A DNA stretch of 64,000 nt from Trueperaceae bacterium (lineage in GTDB: Bacteria > Deinococcota > Deinococci > Deinococcales > Trueperaceae), in NCBI GenBank assembly GCA_965214405.1, contig OZ243956.1, positions 512,001 to 576,000 of the forward strand, read 5' to 3'. The stretch's first letter is position 1; every line of letters starts with the position of its first letter. The notes beneath the pieces are model-generated. The model did not search any database, had not been told where the DNA came from, and saw only the letters and a program-made list of their open reading frames with translations. Below are positions 63,443-64,000 of this stretch, piece after piece. Position numbers and translations under genes: made by a program.

Positions 63443-63471
63443 AAAAGGGGGTCGGGCCAGGCCCGACCCCC
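63443..63471 (-). terminator. Hairpin between the binding-protein and permease genes
   Basis: GGGGGTCGGGCC/GGCCCGACCCCC followed by T4 on the minus strand. Confidence 0.7.
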
Positions 63472-63479
63472 GCGTTGAC

Positions 63480-64000
63480 CTAGCGAACGTCCTGCCTGAT
63501 GGCGTTGGCGGCCTCTCGGAGGGCCTCCTCAGCGGTGGCGTTGCCGGTCGCATATTTCTGGATGGCGGTGGCGACGTAGCCGTTCATCAGCGTGTAGTTG
63601 GGGCCGTAGATGTATGCCTGCGGGATCTCTCTGGCGACCTCGATATAAATTTCTCTCACCTCTTGACCGCCAAAAAACGGGTCGGGTTCGCTAAAAACGG
63701 AGGCGTCGTAGGTCGTCTCGAGCGAAGGCAAAAAGTCGGACGCGGCGAACAGCTCTACCTGGCTCTCTTCCCGGCCCAACATGAACTCGGTAAAGGCCCA
63801 GGCGGCGTCTTTGTTCTCGCTCTGCTCCGAAATAACGAAGTTTGAGCCGCCGTCGTTCGCGGCGCGCACCTGCCCTACGTCCATCGCGGGCATCAAAGCC
63901 ACGCCCCACAAACCTTCCGTGCCGGGCGCTATCCAGTCTTTCAAAAAGGTGCCCATCCAACCGGCAATCACGAGGGTGGCGACGGGGCTCTCCTCGCTCG
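63480..64000 (-). CDS. Sugar ABC transporter substrate-binding protein (5' end outside window)
   Basis: GGSNFVI...NKDAAWAF.EF; lies upstream of two permeases. Confidence 0.88.
   Translation of the reverse strand, partial: SEESPVATLVIAGWMGTFLKDWIAPGTEGLWGVALMPAMDVGQVRAANDGGSNFVISEQSENKDAAWAFTEFMLGREESQVELFAASDFLPSLETTYDASVFSEPDPFFGGQEVREIYIEVAREIPQAYIYGPNYTLMNGYVATAIQKYATGNATAEEALREAANAIRQDVR

Overview
A GC-rich bacterial chromosomal window, most likely from the Deinococcus-Thermus phylum (Truepera-like). That assignment is an inference from an LdrP/CarH(LitR)-like regulator pair, futalosine-pathway mqnA/D/E genes, and many leaderless TANNNT-N5-7-start genes. From left to right: an intact ISKra4-type IS with a 9-bp target duplication; an 8-gene type-IV-pilus-class chemosensory operon with unusual components (Tat-exported binding protein between two MCPs, 3-Hpt CheA, pseudo-receiver-DUF4388, receiver-Roadblock fusion); a trehalose/glycogen cluster (treZ, treY, glgX, GH15); housekeeping genes (mqnA/E/D, mreC, maf, bcp, rpiA, acpS, ispG, glpK, glpD); several pseudogenes (hicA, a RidA-family gene and others); and tRNA-Leu(UAA) followed by a tyrosine-integrase remnant and a sugar-utilisation cluster (ABC transporter, beta-helix protein, GH42, AraC, two PhyH dioxygenases). 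The most notable observations are the chemosensory-polarity architecture, a CarH homologue that has lost both cobalamin-ligand histidines but keeps an operator-like array, and a window-wide excess of the palindrome CTCGAG. All calls come from reading motifs by eye; no database searches were run.
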